A DNA stretch of 64,000 nt from Octopus sinensis (taxonomy: Eukaryota), in contig NC_043006.1 of assembly GCF_006345805.1 (NCBI RefSeq), forward strand, positions 15,190,001 through 15,254,000, read 5' to 3'. Shown piece after piece: positions 1 to 11,620 of this stretch (the stretch's first letter is position 1; each line of letters opens with the position of its first letter). A program made the position numbers and the translations under genes. Under the pieces are notes generated by a model that saw nothing but the letters and a program-made list of their open reading frames with translations, did not search any database and was not told the DNA's origin.

Positions 1-784
1 GTTCTCTAAAGTGAAAATTTTACACACACCCCCGTACACGTGCACACGCAAGCACACATATATATTCGTATACAGATTGATGCACCCGAGGAGGTAAATA
101 GAAACTAATATTCTAAACTACTTCAGTGTATTACTACGATTACCTTTAGACAGATATTTATGCAGTATTGCTTGATACTTCACTAATGAGCTGCTTAAGA
201 AATTATCCTTTTGTGAACTAGCATGAACTCAATGTTAAGTCGTAACGAAAATCAACGATGGATTAATTAAGGAGTAATAGAGATAAGTTTCTGGAAATGA
301 AAGCCATGCTACACTCCGATCAGAGATAAAAACCACTCAAAGGACTCTTTGAATGTCACTTAGAGGTTTCTTTGAAGATCACTTAACAAGTTGGTTTCAA
401 TGAAGTGTGTCTTGGAATGCGTTTGTTCTTTATTTTCAGTTGATAATATCATTAGATGTATATTGATGGATGGTGAACTGTTCTTTGGAATCCCTTTAAA
501 TATTTATCGTTAGGAATGTAAAGACCAATATTGCATTAATGTAAGTCAGTATGCTATTTAGTGCTGCTCTAAATATAGTTCTGTAATCTGTTTTCAACGC
601 TGTCCGATGTAAGGAAAGGGGAAATATTTGTATTCTCTTGATACATAAGAACGTTGCAGTAAATTTTTGTTGTTAACTCTTTTAACTAAGTTTTCAAACT
701 GGCACAAGCATCACCGGCATCATACTATTTCTTTCTCCATTTACATCACTCTCTTGAGGAGTATCTCTCCTCTACTCTGACTTT

Positions 785-983
785 GCCGGGCGAAATGCTT
801 AGCGGTATTTCGTATGCCGTTACGTTCTGAGTTCAAATTCCGCCGAGGTCGACTTTGCCTTTCATCCTTTCGAGGTCGATAAATAAAGTACCAGTCACGC
901 ACTGGGGTCGATGTAATCGACTTAATTCGTTTGTCTGTCTTTGTTTGTCCCCTCTGTGTTTAGCCCCTTGTGGGTAATAAAAA
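785..983 (+). mobile_element. tRNA-derived SINE, family A (5'-truncated)
   Basis: Matches the fuller copies at 59619 and 61738: B-box-like gagttcaaattcc, core gtcgactttgcctttcatcctttcg, tail ccccttgtgggtaataaa. Confidence 0.85.
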
Positions 984-2795
984 AACATATTTTCCTAAGC
1001 CGGAGAGAAAGAGTGACAGAGAAAAAAAAAAGTGAGAATGAATAATGCGAGGCTGAAAGAGAAAGGGGAAAAAAGGGTCAGATGTCACATGGCCATTTCA
1101 TTTCATTTCAATGTGTACGCATTCACACACACATATGCATAGTCGGTATCAGTAAAACACTGTGGGAAATTCAAGACTTACTCTCCCCACCAAATTTCTG
1201 GCCCTCTGCTTGTCTTACAGACAAATATTTACCCAGTAGAGAGTGATTGACTGGTAAATATTTTTACTCTAGGGCTTTGGTTCCCATCCCACTGAGGTGA
1301 ACTCTACATATTATCCCTCCGGGATCAATAAAATGAAATAGCCATGAAGCTCTGGGGTCGATAGCATCGGCTTACTTCCTTTAACAATATTTCTAGCCTT
1401 CAGTCGAAATTAGAAACGATATTGTCACTGCCCTTCATGTTGTGAATTCAAAACACACCGACTTCAGATTTGTCTTTTATCTTTTATGGGTCAACAAAAT
1501 AAGTGCCGATTAAGTACTGGGGTCTATATATTCGATTCAGGTCTATCCTCAAATTTTCTGGCCTCACGCCTAAATCAGAAATTCTTATTTAACCATCGGG
1601 TGGATGAGGAGTTGTATCCATGATGCTTCTTGTCCCTCAATGCCCGACGAAATCAACATAGATGATACTGTTTCAGGTCAGACCTCATCAAGCAGACGGA
1701 CGGTCACTGACATTCCACCCATGACCATCCTGTATTTCTGAAACTCATTGAATCGAGAAACTATATTACTCATTGAGTACATGTATGCAGATGACATGCT
1801 GGCTTGCTAGTTCCAAAATCTGATTGTTTATTTATCAGTCGACTTACCTAACATCATGGTCAGCCATCTGTATCTAAAAAACATTTATTTCATATCTGCC
1901 GATATCCAATGCTACCTTAAACCGTATAACAATATGATCATACGTTGATAGAATTATTTGTTTATGTAATATGCAATCTGAAATAAATCCAGGTTTGAGC
2001 TTATCAATATTAGATAATAACATTTCGCAAAAGACTTCACAAGTCCTTTTGTCGTAGCTGTTCCATCAAGGTTGTAATCAAATGGTTTTGCAATAGTGTT
2101 CAGCATCGCATCGTTTGCTTTAAAAGAGACAGCTGTTATGATTTCATTGATTTCCATCACTTTATATTATCATCTGTTGCAATAACAAACGCAGCAGCTG
2201 TAACAAAAAGAAGAAGAAGAATAACAATAACAGCAAGAATAACAACAACAACAACAACTACGAAAATGACGAGAACAGCAACAAAATTATTAAAAGTACA
2301 ATAAGAGCACAAAGCGCAGAGAAGCAAAAATATCCGATAACTGCCGACTGTGAACGCTGATAATCTACATGTAAACCTTTGTGAACATTATAAACAGAAG
2401 GAATCTTTTTCTCTCTTTTTCTCTCCTTCTGCGTCTCACTCTGTCTCTCAGTTTCTCCCTGTATATCTCTCTGTTTCTGTCCACCGGTCGTCCTCTTTAT
2501 CTCATCCTTAGATACAAACCATTATTCATGCATCCACTGCCAAACTATCTGAGGTAAAATCTCATTCCGTACACTATGAAATAGTACTAAAATACCAAGC
2601 GCATAATATCTGTTATTATTGACTTTTAGTGCTAGATTTCTCCCCAAAGGAGAAGGAGCCGGTTTCTAACCTAGATCCAAGGCTACTTCATTAGAATTTC
2701 AATATCCATAGAGTAGCAGTGCACCTAAGTATATAAAAATATGTGCAAAACGTATAGACGTGTATAGACATGTGATTATGTACTTATATGCTAAA

Positions 2796-2992
2796 CTTTT
2801 ACTTGTTTCAGTCATTTCACTGTGGCCATGCTGGAGCACGGCTTTTAGTCGAGCAATTCGACCCCAGGACTTATTCTTTGTAAGCCTAGTACTTATTCTA
2901 TCGGTCTCTTTTGCCGAACCGCTAAGTTACGGGGACGTAAACACACCAGAATCGGTTGTCAAGCGATGTTGGGGGGACAAACACATACACAT

Positions 2993-3073
<81 letters not shown>

Positions 3074-3316
3074 AGATTAATCAGCCGAAATTGCTACAAT
3101 GATCCAGTTCTTGACTGAAGATTGAAGGCTTCGAATGTCCCGTCCGTGTTTTTTGTATCGTCTTCTAAATGTTTTACGTTCTTGTCCCAGTTTGTATTTT
3201 TCTACATAAAATAATATATATATATATATATATATAATATATATATTATATATATAAAATAATATATAAAATAATATATATCATATATATATATATATAT
3301 AAAATAATATATAAAA

Positions 3317-3364
<48 letters not shown>

Positions 3365-3389
3365 TATATATATATAAAATAATATATAA

Positions 3390-3435
<46 letters not shown>

Positions 3436-3609
3436 TATACATATATACGACGGGCTTATTTCAGTTTCCGTCTACAAATCCACTCACAAGGCTTTGGTCG
3501 GCCCGAGGCTGTAGTAGAAGACACTTGACCAAGTTGCCACGCAGTGGGACTGAACCCGGAACTATGTGGTTGGTAAGCAGGCTACTTATCACACAGCCAC
3601 TCCTGCGCC
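2796..3609 (-). mobile_element. tRNA-derived SINE, family B, split at its internal microsatellite
   Basis: 3' half at 2796-2990 and 5' half at 3445-3609 match the intact + copy at 56616-57042; CA/TA tracts and a cassette lie between them. Confidence 0.85.
3074..3207. repeat. (TA)n-embedded cassette (possible Penelope pseudo-LTR remnant)
   Basis: Related to 18035-18200 and its duplicate (aatcagccgaaattgc...cttgactga...cttcgaatg.cccgtcc); flanked by TA tracts. Confidence 0.55.
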
Positions 3610-3769
3610 TTTTGTACACATTTTGATAGTTTCATTGATAAATTATATCTGAAGTTTCCTAATTTGCTTTCTACTTTCTCTGATTTTGAGAATCCTATTT
3701 ATTCAAGATTGGTGGTGAGGCAGTTCATTACATATCTTTCTTATTCAGGGCCAGGGCTAGTAATATTGA

Positions 3770-4317
3770 GGGACGGGAAAGTCGACTACATCGACCAAGA
3801 AAGGATGAAATTCAAAGTCACTCTCGGCGGAATTTGAACTCAGAATGAATGTAAATCCGGAAGAAATGCCGGTAAGCATTTTGTCCAGTGTGTTAACGAT
3901 TCTTATTTCTTTATTGCCCACAAGGGGCTAAACATAGAGGGGACGAACAGGGACAGACAAACGGATTAAGTCGATTATATCAACCCCAGTGCGTAACTGG
4001 TACTTATTTAATCGACCCAGAAAGGATGAAAGGGAAAGTCGACCTCAGCGGAATTTGAACTCAGAACGTAGCGGCAGACAAAATACCTATTTCTTTATTA
4101 ACCACAAGGGGCTAAATATAGAGGGGACAAACAAGGACAGACATAGGTATTAAGTCGATTACATCGACCCCAGTGCGTAACTGGTACTTAATTTATCGAC
4201 CCAGAAAGGATGAAAGGAAAGTCGACCTCGGCGGAATTTGAACTCAGAACGTAGCGGCAGACGAAATACCGCTAAGCATTTCGCACGGCGTGCTAACGAT
4301 TCTGCCAGCTCGCTGCC
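3770..4317 (-). mobile_element. SINE family A: full copy plus head-truncated tandem unit plus diverged fragment
   Basis: Full copy about 4087-4317, second unit 3903-4086 joined at aaagaaatagg|tattt, older fragment 3770-3900. Confidence 0.85.
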
Positions 4318-4688
4318 CTAAAGTACCCTAATAGTAATTAATAGGTAGAAACAAAGTCTAAACTAGTAGTCCCAGTGGATAGTTATATAGTTTTGGGTAG
4401 TTCAGCTTAGGCATTTGTTTTTCCGTTGACCTTTATCTTTATGTAGACATCTGCTGGACAACTCATTTCTGCTACTGTATATAGTTTGTCTTCTCTGTCC
4501 TAAACTACAATGCCTGGTCTATTATGTATGTATGTTGGGGTATTTGAGATGCTTGCAGCAATTTGTCCCTTTAAAGTTAACCAATTAATGAATCCATCCT
4601 AAGCTCCCCTTCTTTACAGTTGACACTGGTTTTAATTCAATTCATAAGTTCACTTGAATATCACCCGACTGTTGCATACCTTGCGACA

Positions 4689-5125
4689 GCTAATCCCAAT
4701 CCCATTGCTAATCTCAATCCCATTGCTAATCTCAATCCCATTGCTAATCTCAATCCCATTGCTAATCTCAATCCCATTGCTAATCCCAATCCCATTGCTA
4801 ATCTCAATCCCATTGCTAATCTCAATCCCATTGCTAATCTCAATCCCATTGCTAATCTCAATCCCATTGCTAATCCCAATCCCATTGCTAATCTCAATCC
4901 CATTGCTAATGTCAATCCCATTGCTAATCTCAATCCATTGCTAATTCAATCCTATTGCTAATCTCAATCCCATTGCTAATCTCAATCCCATTGCTAATCT
5001 CAATCCCATTGCTAATCTCAATCCCATTGCTAATCCCAAATCCATTGCAAGCTCAATCCCATTGCTAATCAATCCATTGCTAATTCAAGCCCATTGCTAT
5101 GTCAACCATTGCTAATCTCAATCCC
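4689..5125. repeat. 18-bp minisatellite (gctaatctcaatcccatt)n, about 25 units
   Basis: Directly visible; units degrade toward the gap. Confidence 0.95.
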
Positions 5126-5236
5126 GTAGTGTTTGTACTCGCATCCCCATGATGAGTTTTACTGCTGTTTACAGCTACGATCGTTGTTTGAGCGTATATG
5201 CGAGCGTGTACATATACCTGTAAGTATTTTGTATGT

Positions 5237-5336
5237 NNNNNNNNNNNNNNNNNNNNNNNNNNNNNNNNNNNNNNNNNNNNNNNNNNNNNNNNNNNNNNNN
5301 NNNNNNNNNNNNNNNNNNNNNNNNNNNNNNNNNNNN
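5237..5336. other. Assembly gap (100 N)
   Basis: Run of exactly 100 N, typical of a scaffold join. Confidence 0.99.
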
Positions 5337-5874
5337 GTATTCTATATATTATATTATATATATATATAATATATATATATATGTGTAGATGGGTATATAC
5401 GTGTATGCTTATATGTAGTTTCCATCTGTACAAAGGGTAACTGCATGTGTATATATATCTATTATTTATTATTTATTATTTATTACATGAGTATGCGTTT
5501 GTATGCATGAATGTATTTATGTATATAAGGAGGCGCGTGAGTGTGTGTATGTGTGTATGCATTTGTATAAACATATGTATACATTTATGCATGTATGTGC
5601 TTGTGTGTATATATATGTGTGTATGTATGTATGTATATATACACACATATATATATATGTGTGTATATGTGTGTGTGTGTATGTGTATGTGTATATATAT
5701 ATGTGTGTGTAATGTATATATAGATATATATATGTATATATATATGTATATGTATGTGTATGTATGTGTATGTATGTATGTATATGTATGTATGTATGTG
5801 TATATGTGTGTGTATGTATGTGTATGTATGTGTATGTATGTATGTCTGTATATGTATATATATATGTATATGTA

Positions 5875-5905
<31 letters not shown>

Positions 5906-6349
5906 GTGAAATAGAAAGATGAATAATCTTGTTGCAGATTAATCAAAAGTTTAACCGATACCTTGGTAGCAAAAATCACAGCAGAAGACAGCACGGTTGG
6001 AGGTACAACCCTATGGTGTTGCAACCGTGCGTTGGTGCGGATAATTGAATTTTAATATTATTAGTGAATTGAGGAAGTGGAGTTGAGCGAGGATTGGACG
6101 GAGGTCGTTTTATTGCGTTCTGCACGTGTTTCGAGGGGCACAATTTATCAAAATCCGATTTTTTCCAACGGATTTCCTATTTCTTCCTGAAGAGAAAGAC
6201 ACAATATGGTCTCCTTATTCAATCGGATTTTGGTAAATTGTGCCTTTCGAGGCACGTGTGGAGTGCAATGGACCGATTTCTGTTCGGTCTTCGTTCGGCT
6301 CCATTTCTTCAATTCACTAATAATGTTATATATATATATGTATATATAT

Positions 6350-6399
<50 letters not shown>

Positions 6400-7284
6400 A
6401 CGCTCGTGTGTTTAAGTATATGTAAATATGTAGAGTTATGTGTATGTACATGTATGTATGTATATATGCATATGTGCAGATTGGTATATACGTGTATGCT
6501 TATATGTATGTTACCGTCTGTACATAGGGTAACTGCATGTGTATATATATCTAATATTTATTATTCATTATTTATTACATGAGTATGCGTTTGTATGCAT
6601 GAATGTATTTATGTATATAAGGAGGCGCGTGAGTGTTTTATGTGTATGCATTTGTATATAACATATGTATACATTTATGCATGTATGTGCTTTGTGTATG
6701 TGTATGTATGTTGTGTATATATATATATGGTGTTATATATACGCATGTATATATATATATATATGATATATATGTATATATATATATATGTATGTGTATG
6801 TATATGTGTGTGTATGTGTATGTGTATAATATATGTGTAGATGTGTGTGTAAATGTATATATATATATATATATAATTATATTATTATTATATATATATG
6901 TGTGTGGTGTATGTAGTGTGGTATGTGTGTGTATGTGTGTATGTGTATATGGATGTGTATATATATGTGGTGTGATGTGTATGTGTATGTGTATGTGTAT
7001 GTATATATATATGTATATATATATATATACATATATATGTATATATATATTGTATATATATGTATATATATATATGTACGCTTGTGTGTTTATGTATATG
7101 TAGGTATGTAGAGTTATGTGTGTATGTATGTATATATACATATGTGTAAATAGGTATATATGGGTATGTTTATATGTATGTATCCGTTTGTATAATGGGT
7201 AACTGCACGTATATATATTATTTTTTTATTTTATTATTATCATTATTAATTATTATTATTATTAGTTGAGTATGCATGTATCCC

Positions 7285-7330
<46 letters not shown>

Positions 7331-7957
7331 TGTATATGTATATGTATATGTATGTGTGGTTGTGTGTGTATTATGTTTATGAGTGTATGTGTATGTATAT
7401 GTATATGAGTATATATGTTATATACATATGTATATGTGTATGAATATGTATGTATGGTGTGTATGTGTATATGTATATGTGTATATATATTAATAGTGTA
7501 TATGTATGGACTAGTCTTCTGTGAGCGTGTTGAGGTATGTATGTGTATGCGTGTATGTGAATATACGTGAATGTATGTAGATGTATGCGTGTATGAATAT
7601 AACACGTACGGTGTGTGTACGTGTGAGTGTGTGGGCGTGGGTGAGTGCCTGCGTTCTTCGTATAGTAAGTAGACAGATAAACGGAATCTTATATCGTCCC
7701 TTGAGACCGTGAACCGGTCAAGATAAAAATAAAATAAAGATATAAACAAAAAGCAGTAATAATAAAATTAAAATAAGAGAATAAAAATGTGTGTGTATGT
7801 GTGTGCATGTATATGCATTTGTATATATTTGTGCGAGTGGGTATACATATATGTATGTATATGTATGTATATGTGTATCTGTGTGTACGTACATGGGTAT
7901 GTGTATGTATGTATGTATGTATGTGTATGTATATATATATGTATATGTATGTGTATG

Positions 7958-7994
<37 letters not shown>

Positions 7995-8070
7995 GTATAT
8001 GTGGGTATGTATGTATATGTATAGATATATGTGAATTTGCGGGTGTATATATGTGTATATATATATATGT
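5337..8070. repeat. Compound TA/TG/TATG microsatellite field with an imperfect ~200-bp block repeated at about 5395, 6485 and 7150
   Basis: gggtaactgca(t/c)gt...attatt...gagtatgc recurs three times. Confidence 0.85.
6057..6324 (+). other. 104-bp inverted repeat with 60-nt loop; + strand RNA hairpin of 80 Watson-Crick pairs, 23 G-U pairs and 1 mismatch
   Basis: Arm 6057-6160 aligned by hand to the reverse complement of 6221-6324 with no indels. Confidence 0.9.
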
Positions 8071-8364
8071 AGATGTACAAGTGAGAGTCTCCCTACTAAC
8101 CTAAAACCCTATTTTTCTTTTCTTTTCTTTTTTTCTTTTTTTCTTCTTTTATTTATTCTATTATCTACTTTACCAAAACGATCCTTTGACCACTCCCCTT
8201 ATAATGACAGTTTGTCGCCATGCCTACCCCCAAAAAAGTCTCCCACCACCACCCATTTAAACCTGCCTAAATGTATAAATGCCAAAACAACTCTTGTCTA
8301 CTAGCTTCCTGATGATTTCTTTTGAATGAAACAGTTCTAGTCCTGTAGAAGCTCCTTCTATAAA

Positions 8365-8424
<60 letters not shown>

Positions 8425-8488
8425 TATATATATATAATATTATATATATATATATATATCTATATATATACACACATATATATATATA

Positions 8489-8815
8489 CAGGGTTATTCA
8501 AAAAGAAAGTTTTTGTGTGTGCTGCAGTTTGAGAAATGTGAATCGATTGTGCAAGTGCAACGTGAATTTCGCCACCAATTCAATAAAGATCCACCTCGTC
8601 ACAAGCAAATTTACGAATGGCATAAAAATGTCACAGAAAAAAGGTTTCGATATTTCGATGTTTATCGAGCAACACACGGTGCTCATGTTGAGTGCATGCT
8701 ACCTTAAAATAAACTTTAAACCTTCCTCTATCAAGAAATATGTAGAATGTGTTTGTGACTCTTACTGTTTGTTTTAAACAATTTAAAATCTGCTCTTTCT
8801 TTTTGAATAACCCTG
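8489..8815 (+). mobile_element. Internally deleted Tc1/mariner element
   Basis: TIRs cagggttattcaaaaagaaag / ctttctttttgaataaccctg, TA flanks, HTH-like remnant CVLQFEKCESIVQVQREFRHQFNKDPP. Confidence 0.85.
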
Positions 8816-8841
8816 TATATATATATATATATATATTATAT

Positions 8842-8898
<57 letters not shown>

Positions 8899-8901
<3 letters not shown>

Positions 8902-9018
8902 TGTTATATTTTGGAATGGTCATATTGCCAGTTTAGCCAATAAAAACACACGCACTATATAGTGCGTGTGTTTTTATTGGCTAAACTGGCAATATGACCA
9001 TTCCGAAATATAACAATA
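8899..9018. repeat. Spacerless palindrome, 60-bp arms
   Basis: Centre cgcactat|atagtgcg at 8958/8959, one mismatch. Confidence 0.95.
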
Positions 9019-9101
9019 TCTGTTTCAACACACGACTTCACATAAAAAATCTTGCACAACAAATATTTAAACGTATATATATACACATATATATAATACA
9101 T

Positions 9102-9320
9102 GTGGAAGTACAATGGCCCAGTGGTCAGGGCAGCGGACTCGCGGTTGTAGGATCGCGGTTTCGATTCCCAGACCGGGCGTTGTGAGTGTTTTTTGAGCGA
9201 AAGCACCTAAAGCTCTATGCGCCCTCCGGCAGGGGGTGGTGGTGATCCCTGCCGTACTCTTTCGCCACAACTTTCTCTCACTCTTTCTTCTGTTGGCCTG
9301 CTCGCTTCGCCAGCGGTTGA
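9102..9320 (+). mobile_element. tRNA-derived SINE, family C (tail type 2, 3'-truncated)
   Basis: A box tggcccagtgg, B box gtttcgattcc; tail ctgttggcctgctcgctt shared with 47170-47430. Confidence 0.8.
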
Positions 9321-9571
9321 TCTCAGAACGGAAAGAGAAGAAAAACTACTGAGTATTTTATCCGATGCCTTAAAGATTCTGGCACTTTGCTGTCTTACAT
9401 ATGTACACACACATTTATATTTGTGTAAATGTATGTGTACATATGTATATATTTGTGTGTCTGGCAGTTCACAGTGTGTGTGCGCGTATAAAATATGCTT
9501 ATATCGAATTACTATTAACTTAGATTCTCCAGTTTTCAGCTAAATTTTGTATATTTTTCTACTCACTCCTA

Positions 9572-9962
9572 TCTTTATATATAAAAGAGAGGTTGTGTGC
9601 TGTCTGTCTCCTTCGATTTAGATTCCTAACTACTCCCACATTTTGCGGTGCAGTTTAACCACAACCGGGTATCTTATAGTCGTGATTCATATCGAGCCCT
9701 TCTGGGTATTAGCGCACGTCTACGATGAGTCTACAATTTAAAAAAAATTTACCATCAATTTTTCCCATTTTTAATGCATTTTTGGCATATATAAGGGAAG
9801 TAACTCTCTAAAAATTTATTAAACCTCAGAACGTAAAAAGCTACAGTAACACCCCCCTTTGTGGTTAGCCATATTGAGATGGCTATTATACTTTACATCT
9901 CTAAAAATGCTTATATAGCTATTTCCGTTACAAACCCGAGCAACGCCGGGCGATACTGCTAG
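9572..9962 (+). mobile_element. Non-autonomous Helitron
   Basis: 5' TC (a|tctttatatataaaa), 3' hairpin cccgagcaacgccggg then CTAG|t, A/T insertion site, no TSD. Confidence 0.8.
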
Positions 9963-10160
9963 TATCTTATAAATAAGGGGAAATATCTGCAGCCTCTAAT
10001 CCATCATATATTTTATTAAACTTTCATTAGTTCAACCGATACATTAACTAGAGCCAACTTTTATTTGCACTGAACTCGGTATCCCTTCGTTCAACGTTCG
10101 TATTTATGTTCATAATCCTGTCTCATCATAGTACTCTCGTCTGTTTCTATCATACACATT

Positions 10161-10544
10161 GTGGAGGCGCAATGGCCCAGTGGTTAGGGCAGCAGACTCG
10201 CGGTCATAGGATCGCGGTTTCGATTCCCAGACCGGGTGTTGTGAGTGTTTATTGAGCGAAAACACCTAAAAAGCTCCACGAGGCTCCGGTAGGGGATGGT
10301 GGTGATCCCTGCTGTACTCTTTCACCACAACTTTCTCTCACTCTTTCTTGTTTCTGTTGTACCTGTATTTCAAAGGGCCGGCCTTGTCACTCTCTGTGTC
10401 ACGCTGAATATCCCCGAGAACTACGTTAAGGGTACACGTGTCTGTGGAGTACTCAGTCACTTACACGTTAATTTCACGAGCAGGCTGTTCCGTTGATTCG
10501 GATCAACCGGAACCCTCGTCGTCGTAACCGACGGAGTGCTTCCA
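10161..10544 (+). mobile_element. SINE family C (tail type 1), full length
   Basis: Pol III boxes, tail cgtcgtcgtaaccgacggagtgc, TSD catacacatt (10151-10160 and 10547-10556). Confidence 0.9.
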
Positions 10545-10667
10545 TCCATACACATTTTTGGACATCATCCTACCAATTAAACGCACACACACACACACAC
10601 AACACACACACACACAGATACAAACATACGCGCACACACACTCACACACACATATGCATATACATAC

Positions 10668-10790
10668 ACGGCGGGATTCTTTTAGGCTCGCTACCAAATC
10701 CAAGTTTTTGGTTGGTTCGGTGCTATAGTAGAAGATACTTGCCCAAGGTACTGGTCTAGGAAAACAAACTTCTTAGCCTCATACCGCCCC
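10668..10790 (-). mobile_element. SINE family B fragment
   Basis: gctatagtagaagatacttgcccaagg matches the family B head region. Confidence 0.6.
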
Positions 10791-10831
10791 TGTGTTTGGT
10801 ATATACACAGGCATACATGTTTATGTAGATA

Positions 10832-11000
10832 TATATATTAATCAAAGAACATACTGAGTGTTTCTGCTTCCTGGAAATAACAGTCAAAACTCTTATTCAA
10901 ACTGCCGAAAAAATAACACTGATAATAACTACAGAAATCAACTGTTTTGACTGTTATTTCCAGCAGGTAACATGCTCAGTATGTAGTTTGATTAATATAA
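10832..11000. repeat. MITE-like inverted repeat (arms about 55 bp)
   Basis: tatattaatcaaa..catactgag...ctggaaataacagtcaaaac and its reverse complement. Confidence 0.65.
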
Positions 11001-11206
11001 ATTTTAATCCTTTAACTATTTAATGCTTCAATCGCTTATATTATTAATTCTGTTATTAACAATTTAATTACGTTACTCTGCATAATAATTGAATTAATAT
11101 ATTCTCAAATATTTTCTGTCTGTCTCTTTCCCCTGTATATATATGTATATACATATACGTATATATATACATATGTATATATATATGTAAGTATATATAT
11201 ATATAT

Positions 11207-11549
11207 AAACAATTGCAGCGTGGAAGGTGTTTATAAGCCATTTAAGAAACACACAAAAGCCGTTCGATTCACTCCAACATTTAAGTTTAATTTGTCAAAA
11301 TATTTTCGTCGCTAAAATCCGCGACCTGTTCACTGACAAAGTCCGTGCTGCACAGACTTTGTCAGTGAACAGGTCGCGGATTTTAGCGACGAAAATATTT
11401 TGACAAATTAAACTTAAATGTTGGAGTGAATCGAACGGCTTTTGTGTGTTCTTAAATGGCTTATAAACACCTTCCACGCTGCAATTGTTTTCGTTTCAGC
11501 ACACGATCTCAGATCAAATTACTTGCTATGCGAGTACATCTCCGTAATA

Positions 11550-11550
<1 letters not shown>
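11207..11550. repeat. (TA)n-embedded cassette with 137-bp fold-back arms
   Basis: 11207-11343 inverted at 11355-11490; same family as 39972-40243. Confidence 0.9.
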
Positions 11551-11619
<69 letters not shown>

Positions 11620-11620
11620 A

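Noticed and set aside
1954-2160. 68-aa minus-strand ORF as a host exon
   Set aside because: No recognisable domain, upstream stops in all frames after the best acceptor, and weak donor sites
4620-4961. (ANLNPI)n repeat protein ORF
   Set aside because: Stop-free 18-bp minisatellite open in several frames on both strands; non-ATG start; frame breaks in later units
5447-8104. Many 60-180 aa ORFs rich in YI/CV/HT repeats (also at 13.1, 30.5, 43.2, 53.8 and 62.9 kb)
   Set aside because: Translations of TA/TG/CA/TACA microsatellites, which lack stop codons by construction
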